Numbered from the stretch's first letter, positions 18,797-29,175 are shown. The stretch: DNA of 64,000 nt from an uncultured Acidobacteriota bacterium (GCA_963741955.1 CAVUKB010000001.1:224001-288000); one strand, 5' to 3'. The notes: a model not told the origin generated them from the sequence alone. Translations and numbers: made by a program.

Positions 18797-20161
18797 ATGT
18801 CAGGAAAATCACCGGTCCCGGACGCTCCGTCACGAAACGACAACTCGCTGCTCCGCGGCATACCTTCCGTCGAGCGTCTCCTCACCGACCACGATCTCGA
18901 CGGGCTGATCGGAACGTACGGACGCGATGCGGTCAAGAGACACTTGACCCGAGAGCTGGAACGTTTCCGCGCTGCACCGGACGCACCGTTCTCGAAAGAG
19001 CGTCTCGTCGCCGCTCTGGGCGACGCCCTCGCCGCGGCATGGGCATCCTCCCTGGTCCGGGTGATCAACGCTTCGGGAGTGATCATCCACACGAACCTCG
19101 GCCGCTCCCCGGTGGATGGCCGTCTCTGGAGCGATGCAGGGGTGCTCGTCTCGCACTACTCGAATCTCGAATTCGATCTCGCGAAAGGGGAACGTGGCAG
19201 GCGCGACGACCATCTCCGACAGATCGCGGGGAGCCTGTTCGGCGCTGAAGCCGCGATTCTCACCAACAACAACGCGTCGGCGGTTCTCCTGGTGCTCGCG
19301 ACCCTCGCCGCGGGAAAGGAAGTGATCGTCTCCCGCGGCGAGCTGGTGGAGATCGGTGGCGGCTTCCGCGTCCCCGACGTTCTCCGGCAGGGAGGTGCGA
19401 AGCTCCGGGAAGTCGGTACCACCAACAAGACGCGTGCGGCGGATTTCGAAGAGGCGATCGGAGAGGAGACCGCGGCGCTTCTCCGCGTGCACCGCTCGAA
19501 CTTCGAGATCGTCGGCTTCACCGAATCGCCGACCGTGTCGCAGCTCGCGGAGCTCGGCCGCGAGCGCGGCATCCCTCTGGTGATGGACGAAGGCGCCGGG
19601 CACGTCGTCGACGTGTCGAAGTATGGATTCTCCCGCAAGGAGACCATCCGGGAGCTGATCGAGAGCGGAGTCGATGTGGTGACCTGCTCGACAGACAAGC
19701 TGATCGGCGCCACGCAGGGAGGATTGATCATCGGACGCGAGGAGATCGTCCGGAAATGCGCGCGCCACCCGCTGATGCGCGCCCTTCGCGCCGGGAAGGA
19801 AAGCTACGCGTTGATCGGCGCCGCCCTGCGTACTTTCGGCTCAGGCCAGCACGAGCAGCGGATCCCGATCTACCGGATGCTCGCCACGCCCGTCGAGGAG
19901 CTGCACCTCCGCGCCTCGGCGCTCGCCGAAAGTTGCGGCGGAGAGGTGGTCGAGACTCGCTCCGCGCTCGGTGGCGGAACCACTCCCACCGAGACCATTC
20001 CCTCCGCCGGCGTCGCTCTTCCCGGTGACGGGCAGGCGAATTACGAACGCCTCCTCCACGCTACGATCCCGATCGTGTCACGCATCGAGAACGACCGGTG
20101 CATTCTCGACCTCCGGACCGTTCTGCGGGACGAGGATGATGTGTTGAGGGCGGAGATCTGA
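18797..20161 (+). CDS. selA: L-seryl-tRNA(Sec) selenium transferase
   Basis: VINASGVIIHTNLGR, NNNA.AV, SRGELVEIGG.FR.P, EVGTTNKT, VH.SNF, S.DKL.G. Confidence 0.93.
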   Translation: MSGKSPVPDAPSRNDNSLLRGIPSVERLLTDHDLDGLIGTYGRDAVKRHLTRELERFRAAPDAPFSKERLVAALGDALAAAWASSLVRVINASGVIIHTNLGRSPVDGRLWSDAGVLVSHYSNLEFDLAKGERGRRDDHLRQIAGSLFGAEAAILTNNNASAVLLVLATLAAGKEVIVSRGELVEIGGGFRVPDVLRQGGAKLREVGTTNKTRAADFEEAIGEETAALLRVHRSNFEIVGFTESPTVSQLAELGRERGIPLVMDEGAGHVVDVSKYGFSRKETIRELIESGVDVVTCSTDKLIGATQGGLIIGREEIVRKCARHPLMRALRAGKESYALIGAALRTFGSGQHEQRIPIYRMLATPVEELHLRASALAESCGGEVVETRSALGGGTTPTETIPSAGVALPGDGQANYERLLHATIPIVSRIENDRCILDLRTVLRDEDDVLRAEI

Positions 20162-20194
20162 GGAGCGGAGGTCGGGGAGCAAGAGAGAACGTCC

Positions 20195-20242
20195 GTCTGA
20201 CTTGTCGGACTTGTCGGACTTGTCGGACATGTCTGACTTGTC
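20195..20242. repeat. 9-bp tandem repeat (GACTTGTCG), about 5 units
   Basis: Directly visible between convergent selA and tsaE. Confidence 0.85.
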
Positions 20243-20255
20243 TTTTCTCTCTGCC

Positions 20256-20690
20256 TCAGCTCTCCGAGCTCATCCGGATCTCACGGCTCTCGTCGCCGCC
20301 CATCCGGATCTCGATGGTGACGTTGTGGCGGCCGAAGGCTTCGAATCCGTGACGCGGCCACTCGATCAGTTTGATCCCCTCGCCTCGAAGGATCTCCGGG
20401 ATCCCGATCTCTTCCCACTCGTGGAGCTGTCCGCTGAGGCGATAGCCATCGATGTGAATGATCGACGGGCCGTCGGGAAGCGGGTACTCGTGAATGATCG
20501 CGAATGACGGAGAGCTGACCTCCAGCGGGTTTGCGCCGAGAGCGGTGGCGATGGCACGCGCGAGAGTGGTCTTGCCGGCGCCGAGGTCTCCGACCAGGTG
20601 CACCACCGCATCGGGAGGGAGGAGCGGGGCGATCTCCCTTCCTGCCGCCATCGTTTCGTCTTCGTCGTGCGAGAGCCAGCTTCTGTTCAT
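20256..20690 (-). CDS. tsaE: tRNA t6A biosynthesis ATPase TsaE
   Basis: GDLGAGKTT, VSSPSF, HIDGYRL, LIEWP; follows nnr. Confidence 0.95.
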   Translation of the reverse strand: MNRSWLSHDEDETMAAGREIAPLLPPDAVVHLVGDLGAGKTTLARAIATALGANPLEVSSPSFAIIHEYPLPDGPSIIHIDGYRLSGQLHEWEEIGIPEILRGEGIKLIEWPRHGFEAFGRHNVTIEIRMGGDESREIRMSSES

Positions 20691-22219
20691 TCGTGGTTCC
20701 GGATCATCTCGATGGCTTTGGGAATGCGGTCCGCGAGATCCATGGCGGCGAGACCGGCGTCGGAGAGCTCGTCGCGGAGGATGTCTCCCGCGACGCCGTG
20801 AACGAAGACTGCGGCACGGGCGGCCTCGAAGGGATCGAAACCCTGGCCGAGGTACGAGAGGACGAGTCCGCCGAGGACGTCGCCCATTCCACCGGTCGCC
20901 ATGCCGGGATTCCCGGTCGGATTGACGGCGACGTGGCCGTCGGGATCGGCGACGAGCGTCTTGTCTCCCTTGAGGATCACGACGCATCCGGTGCGGCGTG
21001 CGGTCTCGACGGTGAGCTCGACGCGACGGGCGAGAAGCTCGCGGGTGGAGATGCCGAGGAGGCGGGAGAGCTCTCCCGGATGAGGGGTGAGGATGCAGGT
21101 TCTCTTCGCCACGTTGATGTCGTCGGGATGGCCCGCGAACGCGTTGATCGCTCCGGCGTCGAGCACCATCGGCTTGTCGAGCTTGCGGAGAAGGAGATGG
21201 ATGAACTCGTACGCATCCTCTTCGTCCGGCAGACCGGAACCGATCAGCACCGCGTCTTTCTCTTCGACGAACTTCAGGATGGAAGGGATGGAGCGCGGTT
21301 CGAGGTGCACGCGGTGGGTCATCGATTCGATGGAGACGGAGTCGACGACGTCGGCGGTGTCCGGATCGGTGATCACGGTGACCAGCCCCGACCCTCCACG
21401 GACTGCGCCGCGGGCGGAGAGGATGGCCGCACCGCTCTTCCCCGGCGATCCCGCGACGATCGACACGTGACCGTACGTTCCTTTGTGCGTATCGGGACGG
21501 CGCGGCGGGAAGAGGATCGCGATCTCGTCACTCCGCATCAGTGAGAGCATCACTCCTTCCGCTTCGATGGCGGCGGCGGGAATGGAGATGTCGGCGATGG
21601 CGATCTCGCCGCAGTAGTCGGATGCGGGCGCGAAGACGTGAGCGATCTTAGGGAGAGCGAAGGTCACGGTGAGCTCGGCCATGATCACCGGATCGCCTGT
21701 TTCGGCGGACGATCCATCGAGACCGCTGGGAATGTCGACCGCGACGATCGGGAGGCGGAGATTCATCATTCCCCGGATCGCGTCGGCGGGAAGGCCGGTC
21801 GGAGGCCGATTGAGTCCGGTGCCGAAGATCGCGTCGACGACCAGGTCGGCCTCGGTGGCTCTGGCCAGCGCCTGGTCGAGCGAGTCGGTGTCGGTGACTT
21901 CCGCGACCTGGATCCCCATCCGGTCGCAGATCACCAGATTCGTCTGCGCGTCACCCTGGTACCGGTCGCGGGAACCGATGAGAAAGACCATCGGAACGAT
22001 GCCGTGATTTTCGAGATGGCGGGCGATGGCGAGACCGTCGCCGCCATTGTTTCCGGAGCCGCAGAAGATTGCGGCGCGCTCGGCGTCCGGGTAGTGTCGC
22101 TCGATCGCTTCCACCACTCCGATCGCCGCGTTCTCCATCAGGACCACGGAGGGAATGCCGTACGCGTCGATCGCTCGCTGATCGATGTTTCGCATCTGTT
22201 CGGACGTGACGACCTTCAT
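20687..22219 (-). CDS. nnr: Bifunctional NAD(P)HX epimerase/dehydratase
   Basis: LMENAA, GSGNNGGDG, DAIFGTG, DIPSG, HKGTYG, TPHPGE, GGMGDVL. Confidence 0.96.
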   Translation of the reverse strand: MKVVTSEQMRNIDQRAIDAYGIPSVVLMENAAIGVVEAIERHYPDAERAAIFCGSGNNGGDGLAIARHLENHGIVPMVFLIGSRDRYQGDAQTNLVICDRMGIQVAEVTDTDSLDQALARATEADLVVDAIFGTGLNRPPTGLPADAIRGMMNLRLPIVAVDIPSGLDGSSAETGDPVIMAELTVTFALPKIAHVFAPASDYCGEIAIADISIPAAAIEAEGVMLSLMRSDEIAILFPPRRPDTHKGTYGHVSIVAGSPGKSGAAILSARGAVRGGSGLVTVITDPDTADVVDSVSIESMTHRVHLEPRSIPSILKFVEEKDAVLIGSGLPDEEDAYEFIHLLLRKLDKPMVLDAGAINAFAGHPDDINVAKRTCILTPHPGELSRLLGISTRELLARRVELTVETARRTGCVVILKGDKTLVADPDGHVAVNPTGNPGMATGGMGDVLGGLVLSYLGQGFDPFEAARAAVFVHGVAGDILRDELSDAGLAAMDLADRIPKAIEMIRNHE

Positions 22220-22911
22220 GAGATCCACCCCCATTCGCGAAGAGTCTGCCCCACTCGGGGAGAGGTCCGGTCCGGCGGAAGCGTGCGGAGATCCTCGGCT
22301 CGATCGATGTCGCTGCGACGCGGGAGGATGGTCACCGAGGCCGCCTTGTGGCGAATGCGATCGAGAGTCGATTCGAAGACAGTCGAAGCGCCCCACTCGA
22401 TTCCTTCGAAGACGGCCGGCGTGAACGCGCGGTTGCGGCATCCGATCAGGTAATAGCCGCCGTCTTCGGCCGGGCCGACCACCCACTCGCAGCCGTCGAG
22501 TATGCGGAAGCAGAGCTCGATCTGTGGCCGGGAGAGGGTCGGGTCATCAGTTCCGATCACGACGATCTTTTCCGCACCGTGAAAGAAGATCCGTTCGCTG
22601 ATCGCGACGGTCATTCGCTCGCCCAGGTCGCGGCCGGACTGCTCAGCGGTCTCCAGATCCCCGAACCAATGGGCGAGAATCTCTCCACTGACGTCGCTCT
22701 CCGCGGTCCAGAGCACCTCGATCTCGATTCCGTCACTGGAGGCACCCATGGATTCGAGGAGATCCGCGAGCATCGACTGGTAGAGCCGGAGGGCCCGGTC
22801 GAGCCCGATCTCCGAAGCGACGCGAGTCTTCACCTTCCCGAGCTCCGGAACCCGGGCGAATACGAGGAGGCGCTGGCGCGGTCGTTTCGTGACGGGGAAG
22901 CTTTTCAGCAT
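22216..22911 (-). CDS. DUF2064/TIGR04282-family glycosyltransferase-like protein
   Basis: FARVPELGKVKTR, Q.G.DLGERM, IGTD.P, VGPAEDGGYYLIG, DID...DL. Confidence 0.85.
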   Translation of the reverse strand: MLKSFPVTKRPRQRLLVFARVPELGKVKTRVASEIGLDRALRLYQSMLADLLESMGASSDGIEIEVLWTAESDVSGEILAHWFGDLETAEQSGRDLGERMTVAISERIFFHGAEKIVVIGTDDPTLSRPQIELCFRILDGCEWVVGPAEDGGYYLIGCRNRAFTPAVFEGIEWGASTVFESTLDRIRHKAASVTILPRRSDIDRAEDLRTLPPDRTSPRVGQTLREWGWIS

Positions 22912-22937
22912 GCAACGGGCAAGTATACGATGAGCGG

Positions 22938-23747
22938 ATGCCAGAGGAATCACCGACGGTCGCGCTGCTCACGGACTTCGGAACGCGCGATCCGTACGTG
23001 GCGGCGATGAAGGGCGTCCTTCTCGCCGGCTGCGGCGCCACGCTGGTCGATCTCGGTCACGATCTCCCTCCGTTCGATCCCTTCGCGGCGGGCCTCTTTC
23101 TCCGCGCGATCGTTTCCTACTATCCTCGTCGCCCCGATCCCGCCTCCCGAATGATCTTCGTCGCGGTGATCGATCCCGGAGTCGGAACTTCGAGGAAGAT
23201 TCTGGCTGCGGAGGAGGAGGGCCAGGTCTTCGTCGCGCCGGACAATGGCCTGTTGTCGCTCGTACTGGGAGAAGAGGCAGCGATCCACTCGGCGGAGAAT
23301 CCTGCGTACTTTCTTCCCGGAGGGAGCAGTACGTTTCACGGAAGGGATCGCTTCGCTCCGGTGGCGGCGGCTCTCGCGAACGGTATCGAGCTGCGGGAGC
23401 TCGGGCCGCGCGTCCCGCGGCAGTCGATGGTGAAGCTCGAATACGAGGTACCTTGCTACGAAGCGGAGAAGGCGGTGGGAACCGTCGTCTCCATCGATCA
23501 TTTCGGAAACGTGATCACCGATCTCGAGGTGGTGCGCATTCCGTCGCTCGAGCGGGCGGTCGCGAGGGTCGGTCTCCGCGAAGTGCGGGATTTTTCCGGA
23601 ACTTACGGTGAGCGGTCGGGATCGAAGGAGCCGTTCATGATCGTTGGATCGTCGGGAAGCGTGGAGATCTCGCTGGCGAGCGCGAGCGCGGCAGAGGTCT
23701 TGCAAATCCGGCGGTTCGACAGAGTCGAAATCCAGTACAAAGGATGA
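22938..23747 (+). CDS. SAM hydrolase / SAM-dependent halogenase family protein (DUF62)
   Basis: LLTDFG..D.YV..MKG, VIDPGVG..R, PDNGLL, TFHGRD.FAP, IDHFGN. Confidence 0.92.
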   Translation: MPEESPTVALLTDFGTRDPYVAAMKGVLLAGCGATLVDLGHDLPPFDPFAAGLFLRAIVSYYPRRPDPASRMIFVAVIDPGVGTSRKILAAEEEGQVFVAPDNGLLSLVLGEEAAIHSAENPAYFLPGGSSTFHGRDRFAPVAAALANGIELRELGPRVPRQSMVKLEYEVPCYEAEKAVGTVVSIDHFGNVITDLEVVRIPSLERAVARVGLREVRDFSGTYGERSGSKEPFMIVGSSGSVEISLASASAAEVLQIRRFDRVEIQYKG

Positions 23748-23750
23748 ATC

Positions 23751-25442
23751 GTGAGTCGTTTTGACTGGCGCTCGAAGCGCTTTCGCCTCGGTCTGCTCGC
23801 CGTCCTGGCCGGCGTGATCATCATCGTTGCCGCGGTCTACTTCCTCCTCGGGATTCCGCTCCGGAACGCGCGCGAGGAATGGATGGCGGGTAAGAGCATG
23901 GACGCGGTCGAGACTCTGCGGCCGTGGTCGAAGCTCCACCTTCGCTCGGGCGACTTCGACCTGGAGATGGCCGCGGCCTATCTAACCGCGGGGAGTCCCC
24001 ACCAGGCGGCGCCGTATCTCGATGCGCTCTCGCGGCATTCGCCGTTCTTTTTCCCGGAGATCCGGAAGTGGGAGGTCGGCGAGAAGCTGCTCGCCGAGGG
24101 ACGTTACGACTCGTTCCTGCAATACGACCGGGCCGTGCGCGAGCGGTTCGAGCCGGAGGCGACGAAGCTCTATCGCGCGGCTGCGGCTCTCGGTACGGAC
24201 AAGCTCGCGACGGCGAAAGAGGTCTTCGACGGGATCGAGGAGTCGAAGGTCGATCCGACGAAATACGCAGCGCTGAAGAAGTCGATCGACGACCGGGCGA
24301 ACGGAAGCTATCCGATGGTGTTCGACCGCGAGGGGAGACCGATCGCGATCTGGCAGATGCGCAATCGGGACCTCGTGACTATCGACACGCAGTTCTCGCC
24401 ATTGATCGACCGCTCGGGAGGGAACCAGACCATCGAGACCGCGTTGAGCAGGATCGGCGGCGGTTCGACCTTCAACACCACGCTCGACCCTGCGGTCCAG
24501 AACGCTGCGCTCTACGCACTGGGAGGCTTCCGCGGCTCGATGGTGGTGATCGACGTCAAGAGGAACGAGATTCTCGCGGTCGCTTCGAATCCGGGCACGG
24601 GAGCTCCGGCCAACATCGCGTTCGAGGGTTTCTACGAGCCCGGGTCGGTGATCAAGCCGCTGACCGCGCTCGCCGCGATCGACCACGGCGTGGACCTCGG
24701 GAAGATCTTTCCGTTCCAGTGTGGAGGGTTCCTCACCATCGATGGGAAGATGTTCTACGACTGGGCCAAGCACGAGAAGGTCGAGAACCTGAACGAAGCG
24801 ACGGCGGTGTCGTGTAACGGCGCGTACGGAGAGATCGGGATGCAGCTCGGCCGCGACGAGCTGCTCCAGTTCCTCCACCAGGCGGGCTTCGGCGCAAACG
24901 TCACGCTGGGTATCCTGAAGGTTCCCCTCGGCCGGATCGTCGGTCCGATCGAATCGAAATACGACGTCGCGAATCTCGCGATCGGTCTCGGGCACGAACG
25001 GATCAACGCCCTTCATCTCGCGATGATGGCGGAGATGATCGCGAGCGAAGGGAAGCTGCGCGTCCCCACTCTCTTTACTGCTCGGCGTAATGTGCTCGGC
25101 GAGCCGATGCCGCTTCCCGCTTCGGTTCCGCCGCGGCAGATCGCCTCGGAAGGCGCGGACGCACGGGTGGAGCAGGCGATGGAGGCGGTGGTCGTCAATC
25201 CGCGGGGGACGGGCCGGCGCGCAGCGGTCAGTGGTGTCCCGATCGCGATGAAGACCGGAACCGCGGGCCACCGCGAACCGGGTTACAGCGCGCTGATCAT
25301 GGCCTTCGCGCCGGCCGGAGACCCGAGGATCGCGATCGGAATGATCGCGGAGAACGCCGGTCCGGCAGAGATCGCGGGGGCGAAGATCGCTCACGATTTC
25401 TTCTCCCAGATGGCACCGAGATTAGAGACCAGCGGCGAGTGA
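23751..25442 (+). CDS. Penicillin-binding transpeptidase-domain protein with an atypical helical N-terminal region
   Basis: N-terminal TM; SxxK (PGSVIK), SxN (SCN) and KTGTA motifs. Confidence 0.88.
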   Translation: MSRFDWRSKRFRLGLLAVLAGVIIIVAAVYFLLGIPLRNAREEWMAGKSMDAVETLRPWSKLHLRSGDFDLEMAAAYLTAGSPHQAAPYLDALSRHSPFFFPEIRKWEVGEKLLAEGRYDSFLQYDRAVRERFEPEATKLYRAAAALGTDKLATAKEVFDGIEESKVDPTKYAALKKSIDDRANGSYPMVFDREGRPIAIWQMRNRDLVTIDTQFSPLIDRSGGNQTIETALSRIGGGSTFNTTLDPAVQNAALYALGGFRGSMVVIDVKRNEILAVASNPGTGAPANIAFEGFYEPGSVIKPLTALAAIDHGVDLGKIFPFQCGGFLTIDGKMFYDWAKHEKVENLNEATAVSCNGAYGEIGMQLGRDELLQFLHQAGFGANVTLGILKVPLGRIVGPIESKYDVANLAIGLGHERINALHLAMMAEMIASEGKLRVPTLFTARRNVLGEPMPLPASVPPRQIASEGADARVEQAMEAVVVNPRGTGRRAAVSGVPIAMKTGTAGHREPGYSALIMAFAPAGDPRIAIGMIAENAGPAEIAGAKIAHDFFSQMAPRLETSGE

Positions 25443-25544
25443 CGAGCGAAGAGTGACGAGTGAAGAGTTGCGAGTGAAGAGTGGCGAGTGACACTCGTCT
25501 CCCTACTGAGCTAATGGCTCGAGACCCTCCTCGACTCTCGACTC

Positions 25545-27275
25545 TCACCGCTCACCGCTCGCCGCTCGCTTGACGAGGTACACATCGATCGAGTTGCCGA
25601 CGGTGGCGATCCGTTCTCCCTTCGCTTGAAGCTCCATGAGACGCAGTCCCGACGCGGGGGAGAAGCGTGCGATCGTGGAGAGCTCCCTCCGCATCGGAGA
25701 TTCGGGGGGAAGGCCGGCATACGCTGTCAGCTCCACGAAGAGCGTGCGACTGACGGCATAGGTTCCCGGCGTGAGTGGCGCGTCGGGGTCGAGACGGCTG
25801 AATCCGGGGCCGAGCTCGACTTCCGGGAGAGAGCCTCCCATCAGAAGAACCCGGGCCGGCAACATTCCGCGCGCTCGGAGGAGCGAGGCGAGCCTGCTGT
25901 TGTCCTGACCCCAGTCGACGTTCGAGTCGCTCAGGAGGGACGTCGCGGTGTCGCGGCTTCCCGCCTGTACACCGAAGAACCCCATGTAATGCGGCCACGC
26001 GACGAAGGAGCGGGCGCAGGTCGCGCAGACGAGGATCGTCGCGGCAATCCGGAGTGTGCGGGAGTGCCGGATCTCTCCTGGTGCGAGAAGGCGCGAGGCC
26101 CAGACGAAAAGAAGCGGATAGATCGGGAGAAGATGCCGGATGCCGATGTTGTAAGTGGAGAAGATCGAGACGAAGAGATAGAGAAGGACCGGCGTGAGGA
26201 GCGCGAGGTCGAGCCGGTCGCGTTTCAGCACGAGCATTCCGGCGGAAAGAAGAAGGAGAAGGAGAGTCGGGAGGGGAGTCTTGAGGAGGAACGCGACGGG
26301 AAAGTAGAACCACCATCCATCGCGGGAAAACGCGCCCCCGAAGTAATTCACTGCGACGCCGGCGCCGCGGCCGAGGAAGCTCTCGAAGCCGAACCAGTAG
26401 AGCCCGAGGGGCCGAAGCGGCGCGGAACCGAAGAGGATCCGGTCGAGCGGAGTGCCGATGGAAGCGAGGCGCTGCGCGAGATGCTGGTCGACGCCGCGCA
26501 CCATCACCGCCATTCCGATCCAGAGCGTCGCGAATGCGATCGCACCTGCGACTGCCAGTACGAACACGCCTCGTCGCCGGCGGGAATTCGATCCCGGAAT
26601 CGATGTGAGAATCACGGCGATGCCGAAGCCGGCCAGAAGAATCACCGCGGAATACTTGGAGAGGAGTGCCGCTCCCCAGAGAAGGCCTGAGAGAAGTGGC
26701 CAGCCGTAACGGGCGAGTGGTGACGACGACTCGTCCAGTGCGCAGATCCCGGCGAAGAACGCAGTGGTGGCGAAGAGCGTCACCGCGAGATCGGTGTGCA
26801 CCAGGTGTCCGACGGCAAGAAAGAGAGGCGAGAAGAGGGTCAGGGCTGCAGCGGCGATCGAGGACCACGGGCCGGCGTACCGCCACACGAAAGACGCGAC
26901 GGCGAACCCGAGGAGAATCATGCCGAACACGAACGGGAGTCGCCCGAGGTAAAGCATCTCGTGAAGGGGGAGAGCGTTGCGGTAAGCGAAGTCGGCGACC
27001 GCGATCCCGAGGCGGTTGCCGGTCCAGAGGTCGACGTACGGTGGTGGCAGCGCTCCGCCGCGGAGGAGCGGAGCGGCGGCTGCGATCTTGGCCAGTGGGG
27101 GATGTTCGAGATTGATGGTGGTCTGACCCCGGGTGAGGAGGAGCGCCCCGGCAAAAAGGTGGATCTGCTCGTCCTCGGTGCTGCTGTCGGTAGCCGCGAG
27201 GCGGAGGTTCATCATCAGCCCGACCGCGAGGAGGAGGGCGAGGAGCGCGAGGCGTTTCTCGACTCGGCGAGACAT
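25545..27275 (-). CDS. GT-C / family 39 (ArnT/PMT-like) membrane glycosyltransferase
   Basis: T.DE..H, EHPPL.K, many TMs, G.RH.LP, DSNVDWGQD; start 27275 chosen from the leaderless -10. Confidence 0.85.
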   Translation of the reverse strand: MSRRVEKRLALLALLLAVGLMMNLRLAATDSSTEDEQIHLFAGALLLTRGQTTINLEHPPLAKIAAAAPLLRGGALPPPYVDLWTGNRLGIAVADFAYRNALPLHEMLYLGRLPFVFGMILLGFAVASFVWRYAGPWSSIAAAALTLFSPLFLAVGHLVHTDLAVTLFATTAFFAGICALDESSSPLARYGWPLLSGLLWGAALLSKYSAVILLAGFGIAVILTSIPGSNSRRRRGVFVLAVAGAIAFATLWIGMAVMVRGVDQHLAQRLASIGTPLDRILFGSAPLRPLGLYWFGFESFLGRGAGVAVNYFGGAFSRDGWWFYFPVAFLLKTPLPTLLLLLLSAGMLVLKRDRLDLALLTPVLLYLFVSIFSTYNIGIRHLLPIYPLLFVWASRLLAPGEIRHSRTLRIAATILVCATCARSFVAWPHYMGFFGVQAGSRDTATSLLSDSNVDWGQDNSRLASLLRARGMLPARVLLMGGSLPEVELGPGFSRLDPDAPLTPGTYAVSRTLFVELTAYAGLPPESPMRRELSTIARFSPASGLRLMELQAKGERIATVGNSIDVYLVKRAASGER

Positions 27276-27296
27276 GGGAGGCATGGTACTCGATGC

Positions 27297-27583
27297 GAGG
27301 GATCGGGGGTCGGGAGTCGGGGCCGGGGATCGGGGTGAAGAACAGCCGAACTAAGAATGCGGAATGCAGGATTCAGGCGCCACCCGAAAGAGAGGAGCGC
27401 GATCATTCGTCGCACCCCGAAGGGGCGCCGGAGTTTCGCAGCAGAATGGAGAAGGAAGACGAGAGAAGGTCCTCCTTCCTTCTTCAATCTGCATTCATCG
27501 GGTACCTCTCAGTCAGGTCCGGATCTTTCACCCGTCGCTGATCCGCCATCCCTCGATCCCCGACCCCCGCCCCCCCGATTCCC
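27297..27583. repeat. Element C-related REP-like repeat nested within two pairs of inverted heptamer tracts
   Basis: gagaggagcgcgatcattcgtcgcacccc shared with 39682-39710; GGGATCG tract vs CGATCCC tract. Confidence 0.7.
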
Positions 27584-27597
27584 TGTACCATTGCCGC

Positions 27598-28668
27598 ATG
27601 CCTCAGGCGTACGGACGTGACCGTGTCGCGGGAGAGAGGGAAGGCGTGGTGCTTCTCGACTCTGCCGCGCCGAAGTCGTGGGTTGCACGGCGCGACCGGA
27701 AAGGCACAAGGTCCGAATTCCCCGGCTCCGCCGTGCTGTGGGATGGGTCGATGTACGAGGTGGCGCAGATCGAACCGCTTCCGTCGGGATCGGTCCGCTA
27801 CGTCCTTGCGCCGTGGGATGAGCGGCACATCGCGCGCTACGTCGAGACATACGACGTGACGACGGAACGGTTCCGGATCGATGATCGCGCCGATGTCACG
27901 CGTCGGGAGCGGTTCCGGCGAGGAGCGTTGTTCGCTGCGCCGCTGGTCGGACTCCTCCCGGGACGGTTCCAGCAGGCGATGTCGAACGAGATCGGGGTGC
28001 CTCCGCTCGCGATGACCGTCTGGTCGGCCATCCCGCTGCTTCTTTTCGGCGGCGTCGCTCTGATCGAAATGCTCACAGCCGGCATGGGAGGCTATCTCTT
28101 CCAGTTTCCGGTGTGGCTCTCGCTCCTCGGCTGCTGGTTTTTCGTCGAGTCGCTGGTGCGGCTGACTGCTGCATGGAGCGGCGGAATTGCGGTCGGATCG
28201 CTGATCGGTTTCGTCGCGACCGACCTCTGGCTTCGTCCGTATCAGTTCCTGCGAAGCCGAGTCCAGCGGAGCCCATCTCCCTCAGTACTCCCGGACGGAA
28301 TCTCGCTCGCGGATGACGCGAAGCTCATGGAGCCGTTCTTCGCCCTCTTCACGCCGGACGAACAGAGACTTCTGGCCTCGCGGTTCGGATGGGATCCGAT
28401 CCCGGCGGGGAAGATGTCGGCTGCGGTGATCGGTGCATTCGCACTGGCCGGCCTCATCTCGGCGGTGGTCACTGCAGTTCGCGGAGAAGCACGATTTTCG
28501 ATCCTTCTCTCGGCTCTGATTGCGGTTGCGGTGCTGGTGGAGCAGTGGAGCCGCTGGGTCAAGCTCGCGCGCAACGAGCCGGCTGGGAGCGTCTTCGGCC
28601 GTCTGTTCCGGCCGCTGGCGAAGGGGCTGCTTGCCGGCAACGACAAGGGCGGGAGCGCGGCGCTATAA
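27598..28668 (+). CDS. Hypothetical integral membrane protein with an internal duplication
   Basis: Start MPQAYG after TACCAT -10; two similar TM pairs ending GSLIG / GSVFG. Confidence 0.7.
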   Translation: MPQAYGRDRVAGEREGVVLLDSAAPKSWVARRDRKGTRSEFPGSAVLWDGSMYEVAQIEPLPSGSVRYVLAPWDERHIARYVETYDVTTERFRIDDRADVTRRERFRRGALFAAPLVGLLPGRFQQAMSNEIGVPPLAMTVWSAIPLLLFGGVALIEMLTAGMGGYLFQFPVWLSLLGCWFFVESLVRLTAAWSGGIAVGSLIGFVATDLWLRPYQFLRSRVQRSPSPSVLPDGISLADDAKLMEPFFALFTPDEQRLLASRFGWDPIPAGKMSAAVIGAFALAGLISAVVTAVRGEARFSILLSALIAVAVLVEQWSRWVKLARNEPAGSVFGRLFRPLAKGLLAGNDKGGSAAL

Positions 28669-28695
28669 TTATTCGTGACGTGCTGGGAGGGTGTG

Positions 28696-29076
28696 ATGGG
28701 AACGTGGAACGTCATTGAATTCGTCATGTCGAAAGAACGCCGCCGCGACCCGCGATTCGGGATGCCATCGATTCCGGTGCAACTCTCGGATGTCGACGGA
28801 GAGCTGGTGGACCTCAGTCTTCGCGGCGCCGCAGTTCTCCACCGCTCGCCGGTCAAGGCCGGAACTGCCTGTACGCTGATCTTTCCTTCCTACGGTGGGA
28901 TCTACGTCCCCTGCCAGGTTCTCCGCTCGATCGTTCAGGTACGGCGCGGCAGCAGCCGTCCCGAGTACATCTTCCGCTCGGCGATCACGTTTCTACCGAT
29001 GTCGGATACCGAGCGGGGCCCGCTGCACGAGTTCCTGAAGGTTCAGATCCAGCGACTCAAGGCGGTCGGCGAGTAA
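28696..29076 (+). CDS. PilZ-domain c-di-GMP receptor
   Basis: RRRDPR (RxxxR) and DLSLRG (DxSxxG); TATAAT at 28664 and GGGAGG RBS. Confidence 0.8.
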   Translation: MGTWNVIEFVMSKERRRDPRFGMPSIPVQLSDVDGELVDLSLRGAAVLHRSPVKAGTACTLIFPSYGGIYVPCQVLRSIVQVRRGSSRPEYIFRSAITFLPMSDTERGPLHEFLKVQIQRLKAVGE

Positions 29077-29175
29077 CCACGGCCAGCACGAACGTATTTT
29101 TGTGCTTCGAATCGTGAGCGCTCACGTTCACGGGAAACGAGCTGGCCAGGAACTCCTCGTGCAGCTGTCTCCGCC

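Noticed and set aside
22938-23747. Fluorinase/chlorinase biosynthetic cluster
   Set aside because: The motifs fit the widespread DUF62 SAM hydrolase (D-R-H type residues), and there are no biosynthetic neighbours.
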